Shown here in pieces: positions 5,567-5,716 of a stretch of DNA of 5,716 bases. A model generated the notes under the pieces. The model worked only from the letters and a program-made list of their open reading frames with translations. It was not told the origin of the DNA and searched no databases. The translations under genes and the position numbers were made by a program. Source of the stretch: Escherichia coli (GTDB lineage Bacteria; Pseudomonadota; Gammaproteobacteria; Enterobacterales; Enterobacteriaceae); the NCBI RefSeq assembly GCF_013315695.1, contig NZ_CP054357.1. One strand, written 5' to 3'. How positions within the stretch are numbered: the stretch's first letter is position 1; each line of letters begins with the position of its first letter.

Positions 5567-5716
5567 ATGGAATATTCAACATTATTATCATTTGCTATCG
5601 TAACCTTATCGCAAACTATATCAATAGGGCCTGGCGTTGCATTGGTTATAAACAATGCCTTTTCACATGGATTAAAGTCATCAATAAAAACAAGTATATA
5701 CATAAGAATTGGCGAG
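5567..5716 (+). CDS. LysE/RhtB-family exporter, N-terminal 50 codons; 3' end runs off the window (continues at 1..423 if circular)
   Basis: ATG at 5567, 6 nt after the stop of the 316-aa gene. MEYSTLLSFAIVTLSQTISIGPGVALVINNAFSHGLKSSIKTSIYIRIGE has the hydrophobic N-terminus and S-x-GPG motif typical of LysE/RhtB translocators (RhtB: ..[20 protein letters not shown]..). There is no stop before the window end, and the window ends exactly on a codon boundary. Confidence 0.75.
   Translation, partial: MEYSTLLSFAIVTLSQTISIGPGVALVINNAFSHGLKSSIKTSIYIRIGE

Noticed and set aside
5440-5703. 87-aa minus-strand ORF
   Set aside because: Antisense to the 3' end of the 316-aa gene and the 5' end of the exporter gene, both better supported; AT-rich DNA readily yields chance ORFs.
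1-5716. CRISPR arrays, IS elements or transposases, integrons, iterons
   Set aside because: No regularly spaced direct repeats, no terminal inverted repeats flanking a transposase-like ORF, and no iteron arrays; ColE2-type replicons do not use iterons.

Overview
The window reads as a complete small circular mobilizable plasmid of 5716 bp, not a chromosomal fragment: an exporter ORF runs off the 3' end and resumes in frame at base 1. The backbone (about half G+C by eye) is a ColE2-type replicon (Rep at 3128..4057 on the minus strand, origin abutting the rep stop codon, candidate antisense RNA I) with an RSF1010-like MOBQ mobilization module (mobA, oriT with a conserved nic motif, divergent mobC/TraD-like gene), a cer/psi-like XerCD site and a ColE1 PAS-like element. 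The remaining ~2.4 kb (about 4480..5716 plus 1..1200) is markedly AT-rich cargo with three uncharacterised genes: a 316-aa protein with a possible SAM-methyltransferase-like core, a LysE/RhtB-family exporter immediately downstream of it, and a 238-aa coiled-coil membrane protein sitting 20 nt downstream of mobA. No colicin, immunity or lysis genes, no resistance gene, transposase or CRISPR array is visible. All homology statements come from reading the translations and recalling family sequences; no database search was run.
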